A stretch of DNA of 64,000 bases from Octopus sinensis (lineage: Eukaryota). Where the stretch lies: positions 11,408,001 through 11,472,000 of the forward strand of contig NC_043007.1 of assembly GCF_006345805.1 (NCBI RefSeq). Direction: 5' to 3'. Position numbers and translations under genes: made by a program. The notes below the pieces were generated by a model, which saw nothing but the letters and a program-made list of their open reading frames with translations, did not search any database and was not told where the DNA came from. Numbering within the stretch: position 1 is the stretch's first letter; every line of letters begins with the position of its first letter. Positions 11,363 to 24,849 of the stretch are shown piece by piece.

Positions 11363-12015
11363 GTGGGTGCTTTTATGTGCCACTAGTACGAGGGCCATTC
11401 AGGCGATACTGGCAACAGCCACGCTCAAATGGTGCTTTTTATGTGCCACCTGCACAGTAGCCAGTCCAGCGGCACTGGCAACAACCTCGCTCGAATGTTT
11501 TTTCCCGTGCCACCAGCACAAGTGCTAGTAAGGTGATGCAGGTAATGGTCATGCTCGAATGGTGTTTTTAACATGCCATTGACTCAGAGGCCAGCCTGTT
11601 GCTCTGGCCTCAATCTCACTCGTATGGTTCTCTTAGCACTCCACTAGCACGGATGCCAGTCATCAAATTTGATTTCAATTTCACTTGCCTCAACAAGTCT
11701 TCACAAGCAGAATTTAGTGTCCAATGAAGGAAAGGCACACATAAGTGGACTGGTCACACCCCTGGTGTAGGCCACGAGGTTATGGTCTCACTTGCGCTTG
11801 CTGAGTCTTCTCAAGCACAGCATATTTCCAGAGGTCCCGGTCACTAGTCATTGCCTTGGTGAGACCCAGTGTTTGGCAGTCATGCTTCACCACCTCATCC
11901 CAGGTCTTCCTGGGTCTGCCTCTTCCACAAGTTCCCTCAACTGCTAGGGTGTGGCGCTTTTTCACACAGCTATCCACATCCATTCTCGCTACATGACCAT
12001 ACCAGCGCAGGAGCA
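11363..12015 (-). mobile_element. RTE LINE 3' fragment (ORF2 C-terminus plus 3' UTR)
   Basis: ORF 11780-12016 LRWYGHVARM...GRGRPRKTWDEVVKHD...DRDLWK is an RTE C-terminal signature. Confidence 0.85.
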
Positions 12016-12019
12016 ATCA

Positions 12020-12238
12020 TTCTGAAGACACTGAGAAGATGAAGTAGTAGATGTAAAAAGGGTCCTGGACTTCACTTAGGAGAACTTCCATGAGATCTTC
12101 ACAAAATGGCCAATGCACTACAATAAGTGCATTGAAGTTAGAGGATCTTCCTTTGAAGGAGATTAGAGATTTGTAAATGTTTGAAATTAATAAATATCTC
12201 ACCTACAAAAATCTCAAAACTTGTGGAAGCAACTCATA
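12020..12238 (+). mobile_element. Mariner 3' remnant
   Basis: FHEIFTKWPMHYNKCIEVRGSSFEGD* then TIR-like end and TA. Confidence 0.55.
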
Positions 12239-12722
12239 TTATTGCTTATATTCTTCTTATTGTAGCTGCCAATATTCTGGTTATTATAAAGGAGGCAAGC
12301 TGGCAGAAACGTTAGCGTGCTCTGTGAAATGCTTAGCAGTATTACGTCTGTCTTTACATTCCGAGTTCAAATTCCACCAAGGTCGACATTACCTTTCATT
12401 CTTTCAGAGTTGATAAATTAAGTACCAGTAATGTTCTGGGGTCGATCTCATCAACTGGCACTTTCCACGAAAATTTTGGGCCTTGTGCCTAGAGAAGAAA
12501 AGAATATTGTGGTTATTGTTTTATTTATCTATATTTTTTTTCATTTTACTTGTTTTAGCCATTGGACTGTGACCATGCTGGAGCACCGCCTTGTGATTTT
12601 ATACGTTTGGTATGTATTCTGGTGATCTCTTTTGCTGAACTACAACACCAGCTGTCACACAGTGAGGAGAGGGTGAGAAAGATACAAAGACATACATGCA
12701 TAATCACACACACACACACTCA

Positions 12723-12798
<76 letters not shown>

Positions 12799-12800
12799 TA

Positions 12801-13120
12801 GGAGATGTACTTGCATAGCAAGTGATTTGATCTGAGATCATGTGCTGAAACGAAAACAATTGCAGCGTGGAAGGTGTTTGTAAGCCATTTAAGAAACACA
12901 CAAAAGCCGTTCGATTCACTTCAACATTTAAGTTTAATTTGTCAAAATATTTTCGTCACTTTAAGACCGCGACCTGTTCATGGATTTTTGTCAGTGAACA
13001 GGTCGCGGTCTTAAAGCGACGAAAATATTTTGACAAATTAAACTTAAATGTTGAAGTGAATTGAACGGCTTTTGTGTGTTTCTTAAATGGCTTACAAACA
13101 CCTTCCATGCTGCAATTGTT
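12801..13120. mobile_element. Second copy of the PLE-like hairpin element (tip deleted)
   Basis: Same leader and same end points as 4887-5222; palindrome 12855-13120. Confidence 0.75.
12987..13037 (+). ncRNA. Minimal hammerhead-like motif, G3-C8 core
   Basis: TTTGTCA-GTGAACA-G-GTCGC(GGTCTTAAA)GCGAC-GAA-AATATT-T-TGACAAA; stems identical to copy 1, loop differs. Confidence 0.6.
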
Positions 13121-13169
13121 ATATATACATATACATATATATATATATTTATTTATTTATTTATTTTAT

Positions 13170-13465
13170 GCGCCCTTTTCAAGCCTATCCAGGTTCATGG
13201 GCCCAATTTCCCAGTTTCTATGGCATCTGTGTTCTGCCCAGCTGGACGGATGTCCATCACAGCGTTACTCAAGAAACAGGAAGAAAGAGTGAGAGAAAGT
13301 TGGGGCGAAAGAGTACAAAAGGGGTCGCCACCACCCCCTGCTGGAGCCTCGTGGAGCTTTAGGTGTTTTCGCTCAATAAACACACACAACGCCCGGTCTG
13401 GGAATCGAAACCATGATCCTCCGACTGTGAGTCCACTGCCGTAACCACTGGGCCATTGCTCCTCC
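13170..13465 (-). mobile_element. SINE family B, body type 3
   Basis: Homologous to 10835-11120. Confidence 0.7.
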
Positions 13466-13746
13466 ACACACACACACACACATATATATATATGTACACA
13501 CACACACACATATATACTTATATATAGATATATGTACATATATTATGTGTGTGTGTATGCACAACAGGCTTCTGCACAGTTTTCATCCACTCACAAGGCA
13601 TTGGTCAGCTTGGGGCTATAGTAGGAGGCACTTGTCCAAGATGCTGTGCAGTAGGACTGAACCTGAAGCCACATTGTTGAAAAGCAAGCTTCTTAACCAC
13701 AAAGCCAAGCCTGCATCTGTTGTTGCTCTTATCTCGTCAATGTTGC

Positions 13747-13793
<47 letters not shown>

Positions 13794-13949
13794 ATCAATC
13801 CCTAAGTCTCCCTTAGTTTGGTCCGATGCATTATCTAATGTATGTCTTCAGTTTTTTTTTCTTCTAAGATGGTCGAACATAACATAAAAGATATTTAACT
13901 GCTATTTTTAGCCTTTTGTGCAACCATATAGATGTTCAGTCATTGACTC

Positions 13950-14570
13950 CATAAGGATGATGATGGTGAGGAAGATGATGATGACGGTGATGATGATGTG
14001 ATGATAATGATGATGATGATGATGATGATGAGGACGACAATGATGATGATGGTGATGAAGATGATGATGCTAGATCATGATGATAGCAATGATGATGATG
14101 ATGACGTTGATAATGATGATGATGATGATAATGATGATGATGACGACGATGACAATGATGATGAAGATGATGATAATGATGCTAATGAGGATGATTATGA
14201 TGATAGCAATGATGATGATGATGATGACGTTGATAATGATGATGATGATGATGATGACGATTATGATGATGATGATGATAATGATGATGATGATGACGAT
14301 GATAATGGTGATGAAGATGATGATAATGATGCTAATGAGGATGATCATGATGATAGCAATGATGATGATGATGACGTTGATAATGATGATGATGATGATG
14401 ACGATGACGATTATGATGTCGCTGATGATGCCAACGCTAATGCCACTGATGCTAATGACAACAAAGAGGACGATGATGATGGTGATGACGATCACAGTGA
14501 TGATAGTGGTGATGGTGATGGTGATGCTGGTAGTGGTGGCACTGATGATCACAATGTTGATGGTGATTAA
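13950..14570. repeat. Cryptic (GAT)n array with higher-order blocks
   Basis: ATGATGATAGCAAT recurs near 14077, 14197, 14347. Confidence 0.85.
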
Positions 14571-14610
14571 GATTGGAGCAGTGAGTGCAGCGAAGTGTAT
14601 GGTTAATTTT

Positions 14611-14995
14611 TGGAAGCACTCCGTCGGTTATGACGATGAGGGTTCCGGTTGATCCGAATCAACGGAACAGCCTGCTCGTGAAATTAATGTGTAAGTGGCC
14701 GAGCACTCCACAGACACGTGTACCCTTAACGTAGTTCTCGGGGATATTCAGCGTGACACAGAGAGGGACAAGGCCGGCCCCTTGAAATACAGGTACAACA
14801 GAAACAGGAAGTAAGAGTGAGAGAAAGTTGTGGTGAAAGAGTACAGCAGGGATCACCACCATCCTCTGCCGGAGCCTCGTGGAGCTTTTAGCTGTTTTCG
14901 CTCAATAAACACTCACAACGCCCGGTCTGGGAATCGAAACCGCGATCCTATGACCGCGAGTCCGCTGCCCTAACCACTGGGCCATTGCGCCTCCA
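14611..14995 (-). mobile_element. SINE family B, body type 1
   Basis: Homologous to 10340-10724; ATGGTTAAT on both flanks. Confidence 0.85.
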
Positions 14996-15878
14996 TGGTT
15001 AATACTGTATTTTGTACAATATCTGTGTTGAAGACACAAGAAGAGTCATCAGCTGCTCAGTCCACCTGACCGTATGTAGGTACGACAGTAGAATGGACGA
15101 AGTAATTATTCACAATTATAAACAGTGGTGGCAGTAGTGTAGATTATGATGTTGTACATTCCGTTGGCTTGTAGCAGTTCTTAATTAATATTCTTGTATG
15201 CTATTGACGATCGTGTTCATCATCATAATCATCATCATAATCATCATCATCATGGGCATAACAATGATGATGATGATGATGATGATTATCATCATTTTCG
15301 CGACCACGACCACCACCACTATCATCATCATCATCATCATCATTATCATCACCACCATCATTGTTTTCATCCTCAACATTGTCGCCATCATGAACGCAAC
15401 AATGATGATGATGATTAGGAGGAGGAGGAGGAGGAAATAATGATAGTGGCAGTGTTGTTGTTGTTGTTGGTGGTGATGGTGGTGGTGATGGTGGTGGTGG
15501 TGATGGCAGAGATGATGATGTTGAAGAGTATGACGATGATCATTATCTGTTCCATCATTGTATCTTTTAGAATCTTTCTCTTTGCTCTCCGTCTCTCCCT
15601 CCATCCCTCCTTCCCCCCTCTCTCTCTCCTCTCTCTCCTCTCTCTCCCTCTCTTACTCTCCACCACTTAACCATCGGTTGTGTAAAGTTAAATCAACAAA
15701 ATAAAAGACAGGTGTAAAATCCTTTAATTAGAATATTCTGTAGGATTGGTGACTGAAGTAATTAAGACAGTTAAAATAATTACAACTCAATAATCTGGCA
15801 TTTGTTGAACAATCCTGGAGGCATATGCATGTTGTTGTTGTTGTTGTTTTTGTTCCTGTTGTTATTAATACATGCATA

Positions 15879-16300
15879 GCTGTGTGGTAAGTAGCTTGCT
15901 TACCAACCACATGTTTCCGGGTTCAGTCCCACTGCGTGGCACCTTGGGCAAGTGTCTTCTACTATATAGCCTCAGGCCGTCCAAAGCCTTGTGAGTGGAT
16001 TTGGTAGATGGAAACTGAATGAAGCCTGACGTATATATGTACATATATGTATATATATGTGTATGTGTGTGTGTGTGTGTATGTTTGTGTGTCTGTGTTT
16101 GTCCCCCCAACATTGCTTGACAACCGATGCTGGTGTGTTTATGTCCCTGTAACTTAGCAGTTTGGCAAAAGAGGCTTATAGAATAAGTACTAGACTTACA
16201 AAGAGTACGTCCTGGGGTTGATTTGCTCAACTAAAGGTGGTGCTCCAGCATGGCCACAGTCAAATTACTGAAACAAGTAAAAGAGTAAAAGAATAAAGAG
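15879..16300 (+). mobile_element. SINE family A
   Basis: Family head, body and tail; a second head fragment follows to ~16445. Confidence 0.8.
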
Positions 16301-16457
16301 TGTGACTGTGTAGTAGAGAAGCTTGCTTCCTAACCATGTGGTCTGGGGTTCAGTCTTGGGTCCACCACATAACACCATGGGCAAATGTCTTCTACTATGG
16401 CCACAGCCCTGAGAATGGATTTGGTTGACTGAAATTGAAAGACGCATTATATTTATA

Positions 16458-16827
16458 CTAGCAGTATCGCCCGGCGTTGCTCAGGTTTGTAAGGGAAATA
16501 ACTATATAAGCATTTTTAGAGAGTTATAGCCAAAAAATCACCAAAAAATGCATTAAAAATGGAAAAAAAATGATGGTAAATTTTTTTTAAATCGTTGACT
16601 CATCGTAGACATTTTTAGAGAGTTACTTCCCTTATATAATAGCGAAAAAATGCATTAAAATGGAAAAAAATGATGGTAAATTATTTTTTAAATCGTAGAC
16701 TCATCGATATGAATCACGACTATAAGATACCCGGTTTTGGTTAAACTGCACCGCAAAATGTGGGAGTAGTTAGGAATCTAAATCGTAGGAGACAGACAGC
16801 ACACAACCTCACTTTTATATATAAAGA
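16458..16827 (-). mobile_element. Non-autonomous Helitron
   Basis: Minus strand A|TC...CCCG-type subterminal hairpin...CTAG|T, no TSD. Confidence 0.8.
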
Positions 16828-17025
16828 TATATTTTATCTATTTTTTTTTTTGTTATAGTCACCAGACTGGCCATGCTGGCAAAACTGTGTTGATAATTTA
16901 GGTGCATACTTTGATTAACTGCATTGCTCTTTGTTGAGATGAAGTAAAATAAACTTTCAGTTCAAAATCCAACATTTCATTCTTAATGACCTGATACATG
17001 TACATGTATAAGTACATATGCATAT

Positions 17026-17370
17026 ATCATCATCATCATCATCGTTTAACGTCCATTTTCCATGCTAGCATGGGTTGGATGGTTCGACCAGGGTCTGGGA
17101 AGCCAGGAAGCTGTGCGAGGCTCCAATCTGATCTGGCAGTGTTTCTACAGCTGGATGCCCTTCCTAACGCCAACCACTCCATGAGTGTAGTGGGTGCTTT
17201 TTACGTTCCACTGGCACAGGGGCCAGAGGAGGCTGGCAAACGGCTATGATCGGTTGGTGCTTTTTACGTATCACCGACACGGATTCCAGTCAGGCAGCGC
17301 TGGTATCAGCCACGTTCAGATGGTGCTTTTTACATGCCACCAGCGCAGGTATCACTACTACATTTTCCAT
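17026..17370 (-). mobile_element. RTE 3' UTR fragment
   Basis: (CAT)n tail plus family UTR. Confidence 0.75.
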
Positions 17371-17399
17371 TTGATTTTTATTTTGATGTTGATGTTACA

Positions 17400-17875
17400 T
17401 ATATGTAAAGAAAACAAAAAATGGGGAAAAATTGACAAACAACAATTGACTTACATCAATTATTATTTATTAATTCAATACAAATTGATTGAATCCCATC
17501 TAACAGTTGTTTCTGCTTCCAATGTTGTATGGTATTGCCATTGATATGCTAAAAATATCATATTTGGTAATAAAACTGATCCAAAAAATTGGAGCTTCAT
17601 CAGAGTGAAGAATAAAGAAGATGATAGAGAAGAAAAAAGGAAAAGTTGAATATGGTTCTTTATTCTTCACTATGATGAAGCTCCATGTTTTAGATCGGTC
17701 TTATTACCAAATATGATGAATATTTTTGGCATAACAGTGGCAATATCATACAATATTGGAAGCAGAAACAGCTGTTAGATGGGATGCAATCTGTTTGTAC
17801 TGAATTAATAAATAATAATTGATATAAGTCAATTGTTGTTCATCAATATTTCTCAATTTTCTGTTTACTTAAAAT
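17400..17875. mobile_element. Diverged long inverted repeat, PLE-like
   Basis: Arms ~17400-17612 and ~17657-17870; CACTCTGATGAAGCTCC near the tip but no GAAA. Confidence 0.55.
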
Positions 17876-17984
17876 TTTGATTCTTGATAAACTCATGTTT
17901 ATCCTTGTTTTTACCAATGATTTATGAGCATAATATGCTTGCATATGGATGCCCACAGTTAAACATAGGTAATATACCAGTAGC

Positions 17985-18490
17985 GTGAAGGCACTTGGCT
18001 CAGTAGTTAGAGTGTCGAGCTTACGATCGTGAGGTCGTGAGTTCGAATCCCAGACTGGGATACCAAGTTATGACAAAAAGTTAGTGAAATATTTAAAATG
18101 TTTACAGTTGGATAGATAGACAAATATAACAAAATAATTTGATAAAAAAATGTGAATTTTTAATTATTTTCTGAGATTTTACAAAAACAACAAAAATGTT
18201 TTCTAATTTTCAAGAACACAACGCACAGACATGTGTTGTGTTCTTGAGCAAAACACTTTATTTCACGTTACTCCAGTTCACTCAGCTGTAGAAATGAGTG
18301 GCGATGTCACTGGTGCCAAGCTGTATCAGCCTTTGCCTTTCTCTTGGTTAACACTGGTGGCGTGGAGAGCGGAGGCCGGTATGCAGGGGTGACTGCTGGT
18401 CTTCCATAAAACAACCTTACCCAGACTTGTGCCTAGAAGGGTAACTTTCTAGGTGCAATCCCATAGTCAGTCATGACCAAAGGGGGTCTC
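17985..18490 (+). mobile_element. SINE with B-like tRNA head and body type 4, interrupted at ~18061-18230
   Basis: TGGCTCAGTAGTTAG...GAGTTCGAATCCCAGACTGGG head; body resumes TGTGTTGTGTTCTTGAGC. Confidence 0.6.
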
Positions 18491-18500
18491 AGCATACATA

Positions 18501-18855
18501 TACTCTTTTACTCTTTTACTTGTTTCAGTCATTTGACTGTGGCCATGCTGGAGCACCGCCTTTAGTTGAGCAAATCGACCCTGGGACTTATTCTTTGTAA
18601 GCCCAGTACTTATTCTATCGGTCTCTTTTGCCGAACCGCTAAGTGACTGGGATGTAAACACACCAGCATCGGTTGTCAAGCAATGCTAGGAGGACAAACA
18701 CAGACTCACACACACACACACATACACATACATATATACACACATATTTTCGACAGGCTTCTTTCAGTTTCCGTCTACCAAATCCACTCACAAGGCATTG
18801 GTCAGCCCGGAACCATGTGGTTGGTAAGCAAGCTACTTACCACACAGCCACTCCT
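18501..18855 (-). mobile_element. SINE family A
   Basis: Reverse complement of family consensus with an internal deletion. Confidence 0.8.
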
Positions 18856-19769
18856 ATTCAACAGACTCCTTTCAGATTCTGTCTAAAAAAATCCACTCCC
18901 ATGGCTTTGATCAACTCAGGGCTCTTGTAAAAGACACTTCATGAAAGTAAACTTCTTACCTCACAGCCACGCTTGAAACTATATAAATTCAAAATTTTAT
19001 TAAAAAAAATAAGAATAATCACTTTGAACATTGTTGTTCTATGATCCACAAACAGGAACAGGATGGTCATAGTTGGAATGTCTATGATTGTAGGTCTGCT
19101 TGGTCAGAGACAATCTGGTTATTAACAACTATGAATAATATTTCCTATCACCCAAGTTATCGTAGACGTCGTTTATCGTTTAGAAGGAATACCTAATTAA
19201 TCAATTATGACATCTTCTAATGGACATTGGTATTGATGGAATGAAGAATTGGTAAAATGATTACATAGCTACCAATGTTATGAGAAAGTATCTATATATG
19301 GTTAGTGACAACATTTCAAACTAAATGATACTTTTGGAACGGAGGCAATTTTAAAGCTATCAACAAAGATATTCTGATCCAGCAAAGACTCTTTCTGCTA
19401 ATGGAATCAAATTCTACCAGTGGAAAAATTTTTCTATTAATAATGACAACTTAAATCAATGAAAAAGATATGTTTTAATGTTATTTTATTTTTGATATGA
19501 TAAAATGGAGAAAAGAACAAAAAAAAAAACCATGTCCACATATAATAATCTCTGAGATAATTTTAACTCTGCATCTTTTTATCAACTGCATGTTGGGAAG
19601 AATTTAAAATTTGATTTTCTTGAAATTTTTAAGGATTTATTTTTTTTGTGTGTGCATGTGTGTGTGTGTAAATCTATACACAACCTAATACATACATGTG
19701 TTTGTACTTGCCTGTACGTATTTTTCTGACTATTTTACATTCAAACATTCATCTTAACACACGCACACC

Positions 19770-19960
19770 CACTGGCTTGCATGTGGACGGTGTTATTGTT
19801 TCCACAGCTGGAAGTCTTTGCCTATTGCTAACCCACTCAAATGGAATCTGATTTTGTCAGTTACTCAAACTACTATGAATGAACGGTGTTTGTATGTGTC
19901 TTGTCCAGAGGCACAACACGATAATTATAGCAGAATTTCAACTGTCTCTGGCTATGTGAT
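19770..19960 (-). pseudogene. Possible mariner transposase remnant
   Basis: SFIVV*VTDKIRFHLSGLAIGKDFQLW weakly resembles FSDEAHFHLSG. Confidence 0.3.
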
Positions 19961-20258
19961 CAATACTTCCAACACCTTGGTATTGAGGTATTGAATCGCC
20001 AATATGTATGTATAGTCATATATAGACTAACCACTGTGTGTGTGTGAGTGTTTAAGTGTATAATTACAGATTATGAACATTATCATCGGCAGCAGTAGCA
20101 GTGAAATTTAGAAGTCGTTTTCCATGCTGGCATGTGTTGAAAGGATCAACAGGGTCCTGCAAGCCACAGGGCTGTGTCAAACTCCAGTGTTTACTTTGAC
20201 ATATTTTTTATGGCTGGATGCCCTTCCTAACACCAACCACTTAGCAGTGAGTACTGTA

Positions 20259-20296
<38 letters not shown>

Positions 20297-20545
20297 GTGG
20301 TTGTGTGTATATATATACACACACACACACACCACCCACATATATATATATATACATACATATACAGCGTCGCCTGATTGGCGTCCGTGTTGGTGACACA
20401 TAAAAGCACCAACCAATCGTGGCCGTTTGCCAGCCTGCTCTGGCTCCTGTGTCGGTGGCACGTAAAAAACACCCACTACACTCACGGAGTGGTTGGCATT
20501 AGGAAGGGCATCCAGCTGTAGAAACACTGCCAAATAAGACTGGAG

Positions 20546-20839
20546 CCTAGTACTTATTCTATCGATCTCTTTCGCTGAACCCCTAAGTTACGGGGATGTA
20601 AACACACCAGCATCAGTTGTCAAGCGATGTTCAGAGGACAAACATATACACACACATACATATATATACATATATACGACAGGCTTCTTTCAGTTTTCAT
20701 TTACCAAATCCACTCACAAGGCTTTGGGCAGCCCGAGGCTATAGTAGAAGACACTTACCCAAGGTGTCACGCAGTGGGACTGAACCCGGAACCATGTGGT
20801 TGGTAAGCAAGCTACTTACTACACAGCCACTCCTGCGCC
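20546..20839 (-). mobile_element. SINE family A, 3'-truncated
   Basis: Family head and body; abuts an RTE tail fragment. Confidence 0.75.
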
Positions 20840-21375
20840 TTATACATACATATATATATATTATATATATATATATATATACATATATATAATATTATAT
20901 ATACAATTACTTGCTTTCACTTTCAGTTTCCATCTAACCAAATCCACTCACAAGGCTTTGGTCGGCCTGAGGCTATATAGTAGAAGACAACAATTTGAAA
21001 ACAAGGTGCCATGCAGCGTGATCGAACCCGGAACCATGTGGTTGGCAAGCAAGCTACTTACCACACAGCCATTGCTTAAATATTTTTTTAATCACTGCAA
21101 TGACTCCTCCATGATGAAATCGTTTTAGTCCCAACAAACAATCTTAGATCTAATCACTTGCCAAATGCAGAAGGGTAACCAAAGAACAATCATTAGCTCC
21201 AATCAGATTTCTCTTGAAATGTTCCACTAACAAACAGATTACCAAAATGCACTAATCCAACATATTTGTTTTCAAATTGTTGACTTGTGAAACAAACAAG
21301 ATTTGACAGAAAGTACAACAAAACAATTAAACAAACAATACAATAAGGTCTAAGAACCGGTGTTTGATACCATTT

Positions 21376-21453
21376 TCACGTGTATTCTCCAAGATTGGGT
21401 AATTTAGTCAACATGATTAATGCATCATCCAAAGTAAGGAATTCAATTGCCAC
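21376..21453 (-). CDS. Candidate terminal coding exon of an unidentified gene
   Basis: Strong acceptor TTTTTTTGTTTTTCCAG| in non-repeat DNA; phase-0 frame VAIEFLTLDDALIMLTKLPNLGEYT*; other frames stop early. Confidence 0.4.
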   Translation of the reverse strand: MAIEFLTLDDALIMLTKLPNLGEYT

Positions 21454-21564
21454 CTGGAAAAACAAAAAAAGGTTACCGCCCACACAATGGATTCTTCATT
21501 TTAATCTAAACTGGTAATGCCATTGCTTCAAAAATGTTCTAGGTTGGTTTACATGTAGACATAC

Positions 21565-21678
21565 ATGTGTGCATATATGTGTGTGTGTGTATGTATATTC
21601 ATATATGTAAATATATATACATATATATATTTATATATATATATATATACACATACATATGTGTATTATATATGTGTA

Positions 21679-21710
<32 letters not shown>

Positions 21711-22421
21711 CACATATATATATACATATGTATATGTATGTATATATATGTATATATACATATATATATGTATATATACATATGTATATACATATATACA
21801 CATGTATATATATATGTGTATATATGTATATATATATATGTATATATACATATATATACACATATATAATACACACACATGCACACATATACATATATAT
21901 AAATGTGTATATATGTTATATATATATATATGTGCATATGATATATATATGTGGATGGTAAATGATGATGATGATGATGATGATACATATATATGTGTGT
22001 ACATGTGCATACACACACACACACACCATACATACATGCATATATATATATATATAATATTATATATATATATATATCTATATATATATATACTAGGTGA
22101 AAATAAGGAAATAGATTCAGAGAAGAGACAGGGTAGAAGTAATTGACTGATGGCAGATTTGGAAGCTGATAAGATGATGTAAGGTGAAAATATTTTAAAA
22201 AAAATATGAAGAAAGGGAAAAAGATGAGAAAAAGAAAAAAGAAGAAAACCATTCTTGTTGACAGTCTGTCGTTGTTGAAAGACACAGAGGTGAGAGTCAT
22301 ATTTTCCAGTCTGCTCTTTATTCAGATTTGTCTCAGAATCTTACATCCTAACACGCACACACACACGTGTGTGTGTGTTATGTGTATAAGTGTTACTGCG
22401 TGTATATATTTATGTATATTC

Positions 22422-22475
<54 letters not shown>

Positions 22476-22645
22476 ATATATATATATGTATGTATATATG
22501 TATGTATAATATATATATGTATGTATATATATATGTATGTATATATATATATGTATGTATATATATATGTATATATATATATGTATGTATATATATATAT
22601 ATGTATATATATATATGTATATATATATATGTATATATATATATG

Positions 22646-22677
<32 letters not shown>

Positions 22678-22683
22678 ATATAT

Positions 22684-22720
<37 letters not shown>

Positions 22721-22788
22721 GTATGTATATATATGTATATAATGTATATATATGCATATATTATATATATGTATATATAATATGTATA

Positions 22789-22821
<33 letters not shown>

Positions 22822-22860
22822 TATGTTATAGTAGATATGTATATATGTATATAGATACAT
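21565..22860. repeat. (TA)/(TATG)/(CA) microsatellite blocks
   Basis: Visible tandem runs with a unique island at ~22090-22350. Confidence 0.85.
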
Positions 22861-23337
22861 ACACACTCCATACACTACATGCACACATACAAACACGGCA
22901 TTCACATATTATATATTCATACAGATTCGCAGGCACTATATGCGTATGTATGTATGTGTGTATAAACTCACACACACACATGCATACACATATACAAATG
23001 TACATACATATGCAGACAGCTAGACAGACAGACAGACAGAAGAACTTTCTTGTGGAGATGACAGTGAAATTTTGAAAACATTTGAAAGCCAAACAAAGTA
23101 CACGCACACACACATAAATATTTACACACACACACACACACCACAACACACACCACACACATAAATATTTACACACACACACAAAAAAAAAGAGCATGGT
23201 TTTATTGGTTCTGTTTTCCTATTTTTCTTCCAAATTTTTCAATCAAAAGATCCATTAGGATTTTTTTTAACAAAATACAATGTTTGGTTTTCAAATCTGT
23301 TCAAATTTCACTCGTCACAATACTTCAAATATAACCA

Positions 23338-23369
<32 letters not shown>

Positions 23370-23372
23370 ATA

Positions 23373-23795
23373 GGTGCAGGAGTGGCTGTGTGGTAAGTAG
23401 CTTGCTTACCAACCACATGGTTCCGGGTTCAATCCCACTGTGTGGCATCTTGGGCAAGTGTCTTCCGCTTTAGCCCCAGGCCGACCAATGCTTTGTGAGT
23501 GGATTTGGTAGACAGAAACTGAAAGAAGCCCGTCGTATATATGTATATGTATATATGTATATATATGTGTGTGTTTGTGTGTCTGTGTTTGTCCCCCTAG
23601 CATTGCTTGACAACCGATGCTAGTGTGTTTACGTCCCCGTCACTTAGCGGTTCGGCAAAAGAACCCGATAGAATAAGTACTGGGCTTACAAAGAATAAGT
23701 CCCGGGGTCAATTTGCTCGATTAAAGGCATTGCTCCAGCATGGCCGCAGTCAAATGACTGAAAGAAGTAAAAGAGTAAAAAAAGAGTAAAGAGTA
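23373..23795 (+). mobile_element. SINE family A
   Basis: Full-length family match. Confidence 0.85.
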
Positions 23796-24188
23796 ATTAT
23801 TCAAAATACATTAAGAACATCAAAGTTGTTGAATTCAAGGTCTGCTTTCCTTTTGAATCTTATGTTTTCATTTGAAACAAATGTCTTTGTCATATCGAAG
23901 ATAGAAGCAAATTTTGTCAAAGAAATGTCCAGACAACTGAGTGGCTGCAAATTATGTCAATGCTTCTGCTACAAGTCTCATTCGGCCCTTGGGCTTCAAA
24001 ACAAGCGGTCAAGATGTCTATCTATACGTCTGCTTCATTTCATTCGTTATTGTCAATTCCATTCAACTACGTTCCACTAACTTCTCTTTGAAAAGAATCT
24101 TTTGATTAAAAATTCAGAAGAAAAACAATTGAAGCAACGTTTTTATATCAAAAAACCATTGTTTGGCTTCCAAATCTATTCCTATACT

Positions 24189-24220
<32 letters not shown>

Positions 24221-24367
24221 GATGATGATGATATATACATATATATTTATATATATATTTATTCATATATATATATATATATATTTTATATATATATTTA
24301 TTCATATATATATATATAATATATGAATAAATATATATATAAATATATATTTATATATATATATTTA

Positions 24368-24416
<49 letters not shown>

Positions 24417-24849
24417 GTGTGTGTGTATATATAGCATGGAAAACAGATGTTAACAATGAAGATAATGATGATATATATATAATGAATAAATATATATATA
24501 ATATATATTATACATATATATTTATATATATATTTATTCATATATATATATATATATCATTATATATATCCACCCTCTTGACTCCCCCCACCCCACATAA
24601 TATCTTCTCCATATACTCATTCTGCATACACACTTTTAATTTTCTTCTTCTTTACTCCCTCTCAGTATTTTCCTAACAACAAGGTCAGTCTCAAAGATGC
24701 ATAATGTAGTAGCACGCTTTTGATGCAAGTCTGAGATAAGTGCCTCTCTAATGCCTAAAACTACAAATATTACATGACTTTTCTCTTTAGAATTTTTCGC
24801 ATAAACTGGCGTTGCAAATGAGGATGGTAGGGAAATATTTGTAACTTAT

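Noticed and set aside
13998-14570. 190-aa Asp-rich ORF resembling acidic biomineralisation proteins
   Set aside because: Pure GAT-derived repeat open in several frames; no signal peptide or splice context
17985-18060. tRNA gene
   Set aside because: A- and B-box-like motifs only; no complete cloverleaf, and it continues into a SINE body (same for the other SINE heads)
21565-22905. Ile/Tyr-rich ORFs here and in similar blocks
   Set aside because: (TA)n and (TATG)n read-through
23800-24180. Decayed helicase-like coding segment
   Set aside because: Multiple stops in all frames; similarity too weak to support
24650-24760. Minus-strand exon after TTTGTAGTTTTAG
   Set aside because: No good donor; an alternate frame (TCIKSVLLHYA) looks like decayed RTE
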